From IMG/VR virus record IMGVR_UViG_3300043419_002186, positions 21,792 through 85,791 of that record: 64,000 nucleotides of DNA; one strand, given 5' to 3'. Below the pieces are notes generated by a model, which saw only the letters and a program-made list of their open reading frames with translations, was not told the origin of the DNA and ran no database searches. Of the stretch, positions 55,601-64,000 are shown piece by piece; the first letter of the stretch is position 1, and the number at the start of each line of letters is the position of its first letter. This DNA comes from a virus. Position numbers and translations under genes: made by a program.

Positions 55601-56005
55601 ATGAGACACGCTGCCGTGGCCGAAGAGCTTCCGTCACTCGACGGTGACGATGACGACGTGCTGGCAGAGCTGTTGCCCCTTGCAGAGCCCGAATCGATTC
55701 CCGAAGAGAAGCCTGTCACGCGAGGCGACTGTGCAGAGGCTGTCAGGCCGTGCCCTTGGGTCTCCTGCCGCTTCCACCTGTACCTCGACGTCCGTGCCGA
55801 CGGTGTGCTCCGTGTCAACTTCCCCGACCGTGAGCCCGACGAGATGATGGCGTCCTGTGCCCTCGACCTTGCAACAGACGGCCCGCGCACCTTGGAGCAG
55901 GTGGCGGGCCTCATGGGGATGAGCAAGGAGCGCGCTCGTCAGATTGAAGAGGGTGCACTAGTGAAGCTGAAGACGCACCTCGCGAAGGGCTACATCCGCG
56001 ACTAG
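55601..56005 (+). CDS. Zn-finger + sigma70 region-4 HTH protein (family recalled from myxobacteria)
   Basis: TRGDC...RPCPWVSCRFHLYLDV...NFPD...CALD...TLEQVA...SKERARQIE. Confidence 0.85.
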   Translation: MRHAAVAEELPSLDGDDDDVLAELLPLAEPESIPEEKPVTRGDCAEAVRPCPWVSCRFHLYLDVRADGVLRVNFPDREPDEMMASCALDLATDGPRTLEQVAGLMGMSKERARQIEEGALVKLKTHLAKGYIRD

Positions 56006-56439
56006 CGGCGCACCCGCTTCTTCGGAGGCGTGTACTTCTTGTATCCCTCGCGGCACTTGCCCTTCCACAGCTCACGTGTCGTGATGTGGGCTCGGGTTCC
56101 TGCCTTCTTGCCCTTCAGAGGGCCCTCTGCGTACCTGCACTGGCTCTTCGTCTCCACGAAGGGCGCTTCCGTGCGCCACACGGTCTTGTAGCCCTTCTTG
56201 TGGCCACGGGGCTTCGTGCTCTTGAGACAGCCGATGGTCAGGAACACCTTGTCCCCGTCCTTCGTCCTCACCAGCATGTTGCGGAAGCTCTTCTCATGGA
56301 ACGCTTCCTTCTTGACGATGAGCTTCTCGCAGCGCTTCTCCTTGGGAGGGAACTTGAACTTCGGCTTTCGAGCTGCCGAGGCCTTCTTCGCTGCCTTCTT
56401 GGGCGCCTTCTTCACTGCCTTCTTCACTGGCTTCGCCAC
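56002..56439 (-). CDS. Lys-rich basic protein with histone-H1-like N-terminus
   Basis: GTG start after GGGAG; AKPVKKAVKKAPKKAAKK. Confidence 0.7.
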   Translation of the reverse strand: MAKPVKKAVKKAPKKAAKKASAARKPKFKFPPKEKRCEKLIVKKEAFHEKSFRNMLVRTKDGDKVFLTIGCLKSTKPRGHKKGYKTVWRTEAPFVETKSQCRYAEGPLKGKKAGTRAHITTRELWKGKCREGYKKYTPPKKRVRR

Positions 56440-56587
56440 TGTGTGCTCCCGCGGGAACCGCCCCGCCTGTGTCCTTAGCGGTGAGGAGCGTACCTCTCCC
56501 CAGTGTTCTCGGCCACTTGCGTGACCTACCCACCGAATCGATTCGTGGTGACTTGACTTTCCCAAGGGAGTGGGCAGACTGACTCCC

Positions 56588-57067
56588 ATGCCCATCATCC
56601 GAAACCCCTTCCACGTTATCAAGGACTACGCCTACCGGCGTCGGCTCAAGAAAGAGCTGGTCCACCTCATCAAGAACAAGCATCCCGCGCTCGACCGCGG
56701 CCTGCAGTTCGAGGGCGTGACGCACACGAACCCCGACTCGCGAAGCATGACCATCATGCTTGTTCTGCAGGACATTCTGCGCGAGCACCGCGAGTTCTCC
56801 GTCACCAACTGGCCCGGTGGCATCGCCCTCGTTCGCACAGCTCAGGTCGCTGAGCTTCCCGATGACATCCGGGGTGTGAATGAGGAGACGAACTTCATCG
56901 TGCGCGGTGGCACGGATAAGGGCGCGCACCTCGTCGATAACGCGCCCACGCCCAAGGGTGCTGAGTACCGCGAGGACGACCAGCTCACCGACGCCTCGCG
57001 AGAGAAGCTCGAAGAGAACCGCAAGCGGCTCGAAGCCGAGCAGAGGAGCCTTGATGCAGCCCGTTGA
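56588..57067 (+). CDS. Hypothetical protein
   Basis: 159 aa; TTGACT promoter-like element upstream. Confidence 0.65.
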   Translation: MPIIRNPFHVIKDYAYRRRLKKELVHLIKNKHPALDRGLQFEGVTHTNPDSRSMTIMLVLQDILREHREFSVTNWPGGIALVRTAQVAELPDDIRGVNEETNFIVRGGTDKGAHLVDNAPTPKGAEYREDDQLTDASREKLEENRKRLEAEQRSLDAAR

Positions 57068-59507
57068 GATTCCGATTGATGTGACCCCCGGCATGCTCAT
57101 CGGTGCCGTGGGTTCGGACGGCACGAAGCACGTGTCCCCCGAAGCACAGGACATTCTCGAACGTCTCAAGTCGCACTACCAAGGCCTCGGGAAGCCCTCT
57201 GCCGCTCACAACTACCATCGGCACCTGAAGAGCTTCTTCTCTTGGGCCGAGGCGCAGGGCTACACCATCAAGACGCTGCCCGTGAGCGCTGTCGAGGACT
57301 TCCTCTCCGCTCTCGCTGCCGCGGGACAGAAGGAATCTACCCTCTACGTGATGCGGACCCAGCTCCGTAGCGCGCTGCGCGAGTGCAACAACACGCTGGG
57401 CGTGGACTTCGCACACCTCGAAGCACAGTCCGGGGCGAAGCCCAAGCATCTCAAGAAGGCGGACAAGGAGCGCGAGAAGGCCAAGAGGGCCGAGGTCCGC
57501 GCCGAGAAGGCCATCGCCACTGCCGCCGCCATCCGCGCTGCCCATCAGGTCGGCGGTTACTCGGTTCCCCAGCCGCGGGACTATGCCGCTGCCGTCTCCG
57601 AGGCCGCTGCCATCGCCGCTGCCGAATCGATTCAGTCCACCATGACACCCCCCGAGGAGTCCCCCGTGAGTACAGAGAGCGTCCCCACTTCCGCGGGTGC
57701 AGCGTCCGCGGGGGGGCAGTCCCAACAGCCCATCCATGTCCACGTAAACGCGCCCACGCCCAATGGTCGTCCCACGCCGACCATCGGCGCTCCCGCTCGT
57801 CCCGTGGCTCCCGTGGTCCCGAAGATGTCGGTGACCATCAACCAGTTCGCGTTCACGGGGCCCCACATCCGCATCACGCGGCTCGCGGACGGCACGGACC
57901 CGCTGACGCCCCCGGGGTCCGAGGTCGCCGTCACGACCATCCCGCTGACGCAGATTGCGCCCCATGGCGACGTGTCGGGGTTCATGCAGCAGTTCATCAT
58001 CCCCAACATCCGTGGGCTCTCGCCTCTGGCCTCGCAGGTCCACTTCGTCTTCCATGAGCTGAACGACCGTCGTCAGCCCACGGGCCGTCGGGACGAACTC
58101 ATCGTCGGGCTCCCCATGACGTTCTCTCAACAGGGGCCCATGCCCCAGCCGCAGTCCCCTTCCTTCGGCGCACTGCCCGCTGGCTACGGGGCCCCTGCCG
58201 CTGCCCCCGCCAACGACGCGACCAGCTTCCTTCTGAAGAAGCTCGACGAGGAAGCCGCGGACGCGAAGGCCAAGGCCGATGCTCTTCAGCAGGAGCTGCG
58301 CAAGGCCTCTGACGCACAGACCGTGTTCATGCTCAACCAGCAGTTCCAGCAGATGCAGGACCTCAAGCGAGAGCTGGAGGAGCGAAAGGCCATCGAGATG
58401 CAGCGCATGATGACGCCTCCCCCGATGCCCATGACGATGCCCACTCCCGTGACCATCGAACCGATTCGCCCCGACACCTCGCTTGCCGACGCCATGCGCG
58501 CGATGGCCGAGCAACAGGCGAAGACCCTCGAAGTGCTCGCCACCGTCATGCGCCCCGCGCCCGCTGCCCCTGTCAAGGACACGGCCGAGTGGCTCGTCCC
58601 CTTCATGGGCCAGATGCAGCAGCAGGCTCAGGCACAGGCCGCGGCTCAGCAGCAGATGATGCTGACCATCATGCAGGGTCAGGCGGTGCAGCAACAGGCC
58701 GCGGCAGAGGCGCAGCGTCAGGCCTCGCAGCAGATGATGCAGCTCATGATGGGCAAGGAGTCCACCGTCGAGAAGATTCTCATCGCGCAACTGCAGGAGG
58801 CAAAGGCTGCTGCCAGCGCCCCAAAAGGGGACGACGTCGAGGACTTCGCGGAAAAACTTCAGAAGATGAAGATGGTCGCGGAGATGATGGGCGGTAACGG
58901 TGGTGGTGGCGGCGGTGGCGGTCTCATCAGCGAGCTGCTGGCCAATGCCGAGCAGATTGGCGCTGGAGCCGCGCAGATTATCTCCGCTGCCAAGGACCGC
59001 GCCGCTGGCAACGCCGTGAAGGCCCCGGACGTCAACGTCGGCGGCAACGTGACCGCTCCCGCGGGCGAGCTGCCCCCTGCCTCTGCGCCGCAGGAGGCCC
59101 CGAAGATGCCCGAGATGCCACGTGAGGTCTCACAGAACCTCGACGCCATCATCGACGCCGCGACCGCTGAGAACGCCGAGGGCATCATCAACGGCGTGCT
59201 GGGCTACATCAAGTCGATGACCGAGGCACCCGAGCCTTGGCCGAAACTCGCGCAGCGGATGCTGAACGGCTTCGCGGACGCTGATGACGAGGGCGAGCTT
59301 TACACGTTCGCCAAGAGCATGTGGATGCTCGCAAGCCGCACCCACAACCGCGCCCTCTCGAAGCTGGTCGCTGCCGTCATCGCGGAGAACTACTCGCAGA
59401 TGCACGAAGCCATGTTCGGGACCCCGAGGGCACTGCCGGGGGCACAGGACGAGGTCGAAGAAACCGTCGAAGTCGAAGAGACGCAGCAGCAGGAGGCGCA
59501 GTCGTGA
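57054..59507 (+). CDS. Large protein: N-terminal integrase SAM-like domain plus Pro-rich and Gln/Met-rich coiled-coil regions
   Basis: AAHNYHRHLKSFFSWAE...VEDFLSAL; poly-Q/M segments; GAGGAG RBS. Confidence 0.75.
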   Translation: MQPVEIPIDVTPGMLIGAVGSDGTKHVSPEAQDILERLKSHYQGLGKPSAAHNYHRHLKSFFSWAEAQGYTIKTLPVSAVEDFLSALAAAGQKESTLYVMRTQLRSALRECNNTLGVDFAHLEAQSGAKPKHLKKADKEREKAKRAEVRAEKAIATAAAIRAAHQVGGYSVPQPRDYAAAVSEAAAIAAAESIQSTMTPPEESPVSTESVPTSAGAASAGGQSQQPIHVHVNAPTPNGRPTPTIGAPARPVAPVVPKMSVTINQFAFTGPHIRITRLADGTDPLTPPGSEVAVTTIPLTQIAPHGDVSGFMQQFIIPNIRGLSPLASQVHFVFHELNDRRQPTGRRDELIVGLPMTFSQQGPMPQPQSPSFGALPAGYGAPAAAPANDATSFLLKKLDEEAADAKAKADALQQELRKASDAQTVFMLNQQFQQMQDLKRELEERKAIEMQRMMTPPPMPMTMPTPVTIEPIRPDTSLADAMRAMAEQQAKTLEVLATVMRPAPAAPVKDTAEWLVPFMGQMQQQAQAQAAAQQQMMLTIMQGQAVQQQAAAEAQRQASQQMMQLMMGKESTVEKILIAQLQEAKAAASAPKGDDVEDFAEKLQKMKMVAEMMGGNGGGGGGGGLISELLANAEQIGAGAAQIISAAKDRAAGNAVKAPDVNVGGNVTAPAGELPPASAPQEAPKMPEMPREVSQNLDAIIDAATAENAEGIINGVLGYIKSMTEAPEPWPKLAQRMLNGFADADDEGELYTFAKSMWMLASRTHNRALSKLVAAVIAENYSQMHEAMFGTPRALPGAQDEVEETVEVEETQQQEAQS

Positions 59508-59704
59508 GCGAGGCCCATCTTCATATCAAGTTCCCACCCCTCATCAACGTGACCGCGGAACACACGCGGTCCAAGTTCCTGCTGGGGAACATCGTGCTGG
59601 AGATGGAGGTCCGCGGTCGAGGGGCCACCATCACCATGACCCGCGAGGACGCGCAGAGGCTCGCGGAGTCCATCCTCGCTGCGCTGCCCAAGTCCCATGC
59701 GTGA
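59504..59704 (+). CDS. Small hypothetical protein
   Basis: GTG start overlapping the upstream stop; GGAGG RBS. Confidence 0.5.
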   Translation: MSEAHLHIKFPPLINVTAEHTRSKFLLGNIVLEMEVRGRGATITMTREDAQRLAESILAALPKSHA

Positions 59705-59972
59705 GGCGAACGTGGAGTGGAAGGTGTCGGAGGTAGTGGTCGGCAATCCGTACGAGGGCGTGCGCTGGGCAAGGGCGCGTTTCATGATGTCGGGTCGTTG
59801 GTTGTGGCAAGCGTGTGACGCTCAGGGCGTCATCAAGGACGGTGTCGCTGGCGACATCGGTGAGTCGAAGGAGCGTGCAGAGGCGTGGATGGAGCGGTCT
59901 CGGCTTCTCCCCGAATCGATTCGGCGGGAAGGACACCTGCTCAAGTGTGCTTCGGCTTGTGATTGTGAGTAG
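59697..59972 (+). CDS. Small hypothetical protein
   Basis: Coupled ORF. Confidence 0.5.
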   Translation: MREANVEWKVSEVVVGNPYEGVRWARARFMMSGRWLWQACDAQGVIKDGVAGDIGESKERAEAWMERSRLLPESIRREGHLLKCASACDCE

Positions 59973-60020
59973 TCCGCGGGGGAGTCCCGCTGATACGCGG
60001 GACTCCCCTGTCTATTTCAG

Positions 60021-60049
60021 TTGACACACTGGTTTATGTGTTTTATGAC
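60021..60049 (+). promoter_or_regulatory. Sigma70-type promoter
   Basis: TTGACA-N17-TATGAC in an AT-rich patch. Confidence 0.55.
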
Positions 60050-60070
60050 GGCACTCACGGCAATCAAGCC

Positions 60071-60595
60071 ATGACCGAGGTGCCCATGAACTGGTACAAG
60101 ACCACCCCCGAACTCAACGTCCACGGCCTCGCCCTCAACCACGCGCGAGTCGAGAAGTTCTCGCAGAAGGACGTCGCGGAGAAGCTGGACAGCGAGCAGC
60201 CCATCATCTCGCGCATCGAGCGCGGCTACTTCATCCCGGGACGCAACCACGTGAGCGAGAAGACGGTGGACCTCATCCATCGCTTCGCGGACCTCGTCGG
60301 CATCCCCCGCTTCGACTTTGGCACCCCCGTCAGCGTGGCCGCGGCCCACTTGCCTTCGGGGGTTCCCGTCAAGCAGAGGCTCAAGGCCTCTGTGAGGGGC
60401 CCCGGTGCCCCCCGAGTGAAGCACCCGCAGGTCGCTGCCATTGACAACACCCTCACTCCTCCCAACAGCATCTCGCGGGTCGATACCGTGGACGCTGACG
60501 TGAGGGACACGGTCCTCTTGGCACTGCTCGATGCCGTCGCCAAGGGCTCGCTGCAGCCGCACAACGCACTGAACGCCATCAAGAAGCAGTTCTGA
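60071..60595 (+). CDS. XRE-family HTH regulator
   Basis: ARVEKFSQKDVAEKLDSEQPIISRIERG; start uncertain. Confidence 0.8.
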   Translation: MTEVPMNWYKTTPELNVHGLALNHARVEKFSQKDVAEKLDSEQPIISRIERGYFIPGRNHVSEKTVDLIHRFADLVGIPRFDFGTPVSVAAAHLPSGVPVKQRLKASVRGPGAPRVKHPQVAAIDNTLTPPNSISRVDTVDADVRDTVLLALLDAVAKGSLQPHNALNAIKKQF

Positions 60596-60624
60596 CAAGC
60601 CCGAAGGGGCAGAAGGGGTAGTAC

Positions 60625-61377
60625 ATGGCAGCGAAGAAGAAAAAGGTGGACGGACGCACGAAGGAGGGCAAGTCCCTCAAGAAGAAGGCCACGGCGCGTG
60701 AGTCCAAGAAGGACGTGAAGAAGCCGAAGCTCAAGCCCGTCCGCGGGACCACGAAGAAGACCGTGGATAAGGCCAAGCTGCACAAGGTGTCGAAGAAGGA
60801 CCCGCGCCCCCGCGTCGGTAGCGTCGTCCTCTTCACACAGGGCGAGGGTCGTCGCATGACCTTTGGCCTCGGCATCTATGACTCGCGCGTCGGGGACATC
60901 GCCAACGTCATCGTGGGAGAGAAGCCCGCTCAGCGCACCGTGTTCGCTGGCGTGCACGAACTCTACAAGCCGCTGCCCACGGAGAAGGCTCTGCACGCCT
61001 TCGTGGTCGAATCGATTCGCGAGGCCTACGAGCGCGGGTTCAGGGCTGGTGAGCACAGCGCGCTGGGACAGACGCACTCCGTTGTTGCTCCGATTGTGGG
61101 CGGCATCCTTGACATCCCCGTCGAGACTGTTGCGCTGAAGACGGCAGAGGAAGAAGCCCCGAAGTCCGACGACATGTCTCTCATGTACGCTGCCTTTGCC
61201 AAGCGGCCCGAGGCCCAGCAGGTCGTGGAGCGTGCCGAGGAGCTGCTGGACTCGGACGTTCGCGTGTCCCCTGACCCCGAGGCCGTTCGCGAGGCCATTG
61301 AGGCTGTCCACGAAGAGCAGACGGAGGCCGAGAAGCTCGCCATCATCTCAGAGGTGCAGAAGGCTCCCCTGCTCTGA
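60625..61377 (+). CDS. Protein with Lys-rich N-terminus and acidic C-terminus
   Basis: MAAKKKKVDGRTKEGK... Confidence 0.7.
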   Translation: MAAKKKKVDGRTKEGKSLKKKATARESKKDVKKPKLKPVRGTTKKTVDKAKLHKVSKKDPRPRVGSVVLFTQGEGRRMTFGLGIYDSRVGDIANVIVGEKPAQRTVFAGVHELYKPLPTEKALHAFVVESIREAYERGFRAGEHSALGQTHSVVAPIVGGILDIPVETVALKTAEEEAPKSDDMSLMYAAFAKRPEAQQVVERAEELLDSDVRVSPDPEAVREAIEAVHEEQTEAEKLAIISEVQKAPLL

Positions 61378-61598
61378 TGTGAAAAAGACTGTTGCGCTTA
61401 TCGGAGGTCTCGCTGTACTGTTCACCTGCTGCGGAACGCGCGGGCAAGGCGCGGAACCGGCGGTGGGCAGGTAAGACCCCGAGAGGCGACTGGTCATCGG
61501 CTCTCACGGCCTCCGAGGAGAAATCCTCGGGGGCCGTTCCTTTTCGCGGGTGGCGGGGTCCGTGGCCTCGGGGTACAGTCGCTGCCATTGGAGGCTTC

Positions 61599-62372
61599 AT
61601 GGCAGACGGCAATCGGCCCATCGGATGGAACCCGCTTATCGGATTCGGGTTCACTGCGCTCGGCGTAGGCTACCTGTACGAGGTGTGGAAGCACCGTCAG
61701 CCCGCTCTCCTTCCCGCTCCCGAAGGACTGAACGGTCTCGGCTACGCGAGGAGCGCCCCTCCCCCAAAAGGCGAACCCCTCGTCGTTCGCGACGGGGTCC
61801 GAAAAATCAAGTTCTACCCCGCAGGTGACATCGACCAGCGCGTCGGCTACATCATGCGGCAGATTCAGATGGATTCGCTTGACCCCCGCGTCATCAGCGA
61901 GGCCAGCGCCATCATCGGCGGCAAGTGCCCCGTGGAGCGCGGCGGTCTTGACTGGTGCGTTCCCCCCAAGAACTGGCGCGCTGAAATCTCCAATCTCTTC
62001 GGGGCTGTGCACAGCGCGAACAGCCGCATCGGCATGCGCTACACCCGCGACCACGATGGTGTGGACATGTTCCGCTCCTCCGCGCTCATGCGCCGCATGC
62101 CCGTGGGCGACTGCGACGACATGGTCATCCGCCTCGGCGCGATGCTCAAGGCCATCGGCTACAGCGTGAAGTGCCGCGTCGTTGCCCCGAAGGGCGCTCC
62201 CGGCCAGTGGGCCCACATCTACCTGATGTGCGGCTCTGAGGCGGGCAACCAGCAGCCTCCCAAGTGGCTCCCGCTGGACCCCACGGAGCCTGAGAACGGT
62301 GTCTTCTGGGAGGTGCCCGACAGGCTCATCTCCACGAAGAAGGACTTCCTCGTCCCCGCTGGCGTGCCGTAG
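61599..62372 (+). CDS. Transglutaminase-like (papain-fold) Cys protease with N-terminal TM
   Basis: Triad GDCDD / WAHIY / PLDPT; RYTRD; LNGLG after the TM; GGAGG RBS. Confidence 0.85.
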   Translation: MADGNRPIGWNPLIGFGFTALGVGYLYEVWKHRQPALLPAPEGLNGLGYARSAPPPKGEPLVVRDGVRKIKFYPAGDIDQRVGYIMRQIQMDSLDPRVISEASAIIGGKCPVERGGLDWCVPPKNWRAEISNLFGAVHSANSRIGMRYTRDHDGVDMFRSSALMRRMPVGDCDDMVIRLGAMLKAIGYSVKCRVVAPKGAPGQWAHIYLMCGSEAGNQQPPKWLPLDPTEPENGVFWEVPDRLISTKKDFLVPAGVP

Positions 62373-62422
62373 AGGTCGAGGGCTCGTTCCCGTGCTACTG
62401 TGCCCCTGAACACGGAGGCCCG

Positions 62423-62902
62423 ATGTACCCTGTCGAATCGATTCGAGCGAACACCCAGCAGTCCGACTTGGAGTCGAAGCTCTACTCCATCGAGACGCTG
62501 CTCCGTCTGAACCTGCTCACGGCAGGTGGCACGCTCCCCATCACCAACGTGGGAAGCGCGTTCAACGGCGCTGTCATCGGAACCACCAGTCGCTACGTCG
62601 AAATCTACAAGAACAACTACAAGCACATGCTGGCCATCCGCATCTTCGCGGAGTTCGACACGGTCACACCGGGCATTCAGAAGGCATCGTTGGCACTGAC
62701 CAACGACCTTTCCAACTACTCGCGCATCGACCTGCTCATCGAGGGCCTCAAGGACCGAAGCGACACGGTGTGGCTGCGTCCGAACCAGTCGCTCTACATC
62801 AACACCGCGGACACGGCCGTTGACCTCTCGGGCTCCATCTTCCGCACCCTCGTCTTCGACCCCCTCGCGCTCGCTGACTACATCAATCAGGTCGGCGCGT
62901 AG
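62423..62902 (+). CDS. Beta-rich putative virion protein
   Basis: 159 aa, GGAGG RBS. Confidence 0.65.
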   Translation: MYPVESIRANTQQSDLESKLYSIETLLRLNLLTAGGTLPITNVGSAFNGAVIGTTSRYVEIYKNNYKHMLAIRIFAEFDTVTPGIQKASLALTNDLSNYSRIDLLIEGLKDRSDTVWLRPNQSLYINTADTAVDLSGSIFRTLVFDPLALADYINQVGA

Positions 62903-62925
62903 ACCACTGCACACGGAGCACTGAC

Positions 62926-64000
62926 ATGGCCATCACCTACGGCACGACCAACCTCGGCAGCAGCAGCAACGGCGGCTTCGCCATCTACACGGCGACGACC
63001 ACGGGCGCAGAGGCCATCAGCGTCCTCAAGGCCAACTTCACGACGAACATCGTCTCGAAGGTGGACAACGCGGTCCCCCTGAGCGACCTGCAACTGGCGG
63101 CGCTCTCGTCCCTGCTCGCGAAGGTGCGCGCCGCGGCCCCCGGCGCTGACCCGCTGGCGCTCCTGCGGAAGCTGGTCGGTGTCCTTTCGACCGAGAACGG
63201 CGTCTCCATCGCCCTCTCGGTGTCGAGCGTCGGTGCCGTCCACACGCTCATCGCCACGACTTCGGCAGCCGCCGCTGCCATCGTCTACGTTCCGAACAGT
63301 GCTGCCGCTGGCCTGTTCACCGGCTTCGGCGCTGCTGACCCTGTCGGCGCTGCTCCCACGGGTGCCGCGGGCGGCATCCTCGGATACCCCGGCTCGACCT
63401 ACCCGAATCCGACGGGCCTCGCGGCTGACGCGAACCACGTCATCCCGATGAAGAACGACGGCAACTACATCGTCTACTTCAAGCAAGCTGACGTGGCCGC
63501 CAATCCTTCGGGCGTCGGCATCATGGGCGGGAAGAACACCAACTCGTCTGCGTTGGGTGAGCCGGGTTATGCCTACGCGAGCGCCAGTGACACGGTCGGC
63601 GGAGGCGGCAACGCAGGAATCGTCGGTGGTGACGCGTATGACGGGGGGGCGCCTGCCTACGGCGCTTCCGTCATCGCGGAGGGCGCGGACGGCACGACCA
63701 AGAAGGGTGGCAACGCGCTTGTGGACGCGGGCGCTGGCTTTGGCGGCTCGGGCGACGTGCTGGTCGCGGACGCGAACGCGGCTCGCGTCATCTTCGGCAC
63801 GAAGAGCGTGGCGGGCACACAGAACAAGCCCCCGCTGCTCACGAAGTCGCCCGTTGAGGAACAGGCCGTCGCGCAGACCGTCGTCGCTGGCGATGTGCTC
63901 GGCAATCTGTCCGCGGGCGTGGCCGTCTACTACAACATCAGCTCGGCAGGGGTCGTCACGCTCGGTGCGAACCCGCTGAAGACGCCCTATCAGGACGCCC
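62926..64000 (+). CDS. Partial (3'-truncated) Gly/Ala-rich spike/fiber-like protein
   Basis: Open from ATG 62926 to the window end; PTGAAGGILG...TYPNP fiber-type motif; Gly-rich beta repeats. Confidence 0.7.
   Translation, partial: MAITYGTTNLGSSSNGGFAIYTATTTGAEAISVLKANFTTNIVSKVDNAVPLSDLQLAALSSLLAKVRAAAPGADPLALLRKLVGVLSTENGVSIALSVSSVGAVHTLIATTSAAAAAIVYVPNSAAAGLFTGFGAADPVGAAPTGAAGGILGYPGSTYPNPTGLAADANHVIPMKNDGNYIVYFKQADVAANPSGVGIMGGKNTNSSALGEPGYAYASASDTVGGGGNAGIVGGDAYDGGAPAYGASVIAEGADGTTKKGGNALVDAGAGFGGSGDVLVADANAARVIFGTKSVAGTQNKPPLLTKSPVEEQAVAQTVVAGDVLGNLSAGVAVYYNISSAGVVTLGANPLKTPYQDA

Larger units (their letters stand above)
1346..62444. repeat. Dispersed palindrome GAATCGATTC, 47 exact copies
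   Basis: Manual scan; positions are listed in the findings. Confidence 0.95.

Noticed and set aside
1346-62444. GAATCGATTC as a CRISPR repeat, REP or IS end
   Set aside because: It is only 10 bp, spaced about 1 kb apart and mostly inside genes, with no spacers, target duplications or transposase.
1-64000. tRNA, rRNA or tmRNA genes
   Set aside because: No T-loop/cloverleaf or rRNA signatures were found by eye. tRNAscan-SE or ARAGORN would be needed to exclude them.

Overview
The whole 64 kb window looks like part of one large, high-GC (about two-thirds by eye) virus or provirus genome. No host housekeeping, rRNA, tRNA or CRISPR loci were seen. A likely Myxococcota host is inferred from one sigma70-region-4/Zn-finger gene family. 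Layout: 1-10.4 kb and 61.6-64 kb hold rightward putative virion genes (two paralogous beta-rich jelly-roll-like proteins, many single-TM proteins, Lys-rich basic proteins, TM-anchored GH19 lysin, thioredoxin, transglutaminase-like Cys protease, Gly-rich spike). 10.8-11.8 kb is a tyrosine integrase. 12.7-26 kb is a leftward early-type block (kinase, DUF3150-like, VWA/metallopeptidase, MoxR AAA, ParB-like). 26-27.5 kb is non-coding. 27.5-50 kb is replication/recombination (SMC/Rad50-like ATPase, UDG-PolA fusion, SSB, Sak4-like ATPase, Cas4-like nuclease, intein-bearing SNF2 helicase, DUF3987) plus many small ORFs. 50-61.4 kb is mixed membrane, basic and regulatory genes. No terminase, portal or tail gene was recognised. 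Three signals stand out. (1) The palindrome GAATCGATTC occurs 47 times by manual count, about every 1.3 kb, in all reading frames, while GATC is avoided. (2) Four twister-ribozyme-like RNAs with covarying stems and pseudoknot sit in intergenic gaps of the early operon. (3) An (L/M)xG(L/M/A)(G/S/P) motif recurs in about a dozen putative virion and cargo proteins, suggesting adenovirus-style proteolytic maturation in a possibly tailless, membrane-containing bacterial virus. All family calls come from motif recognition by eye; no database searches were run.
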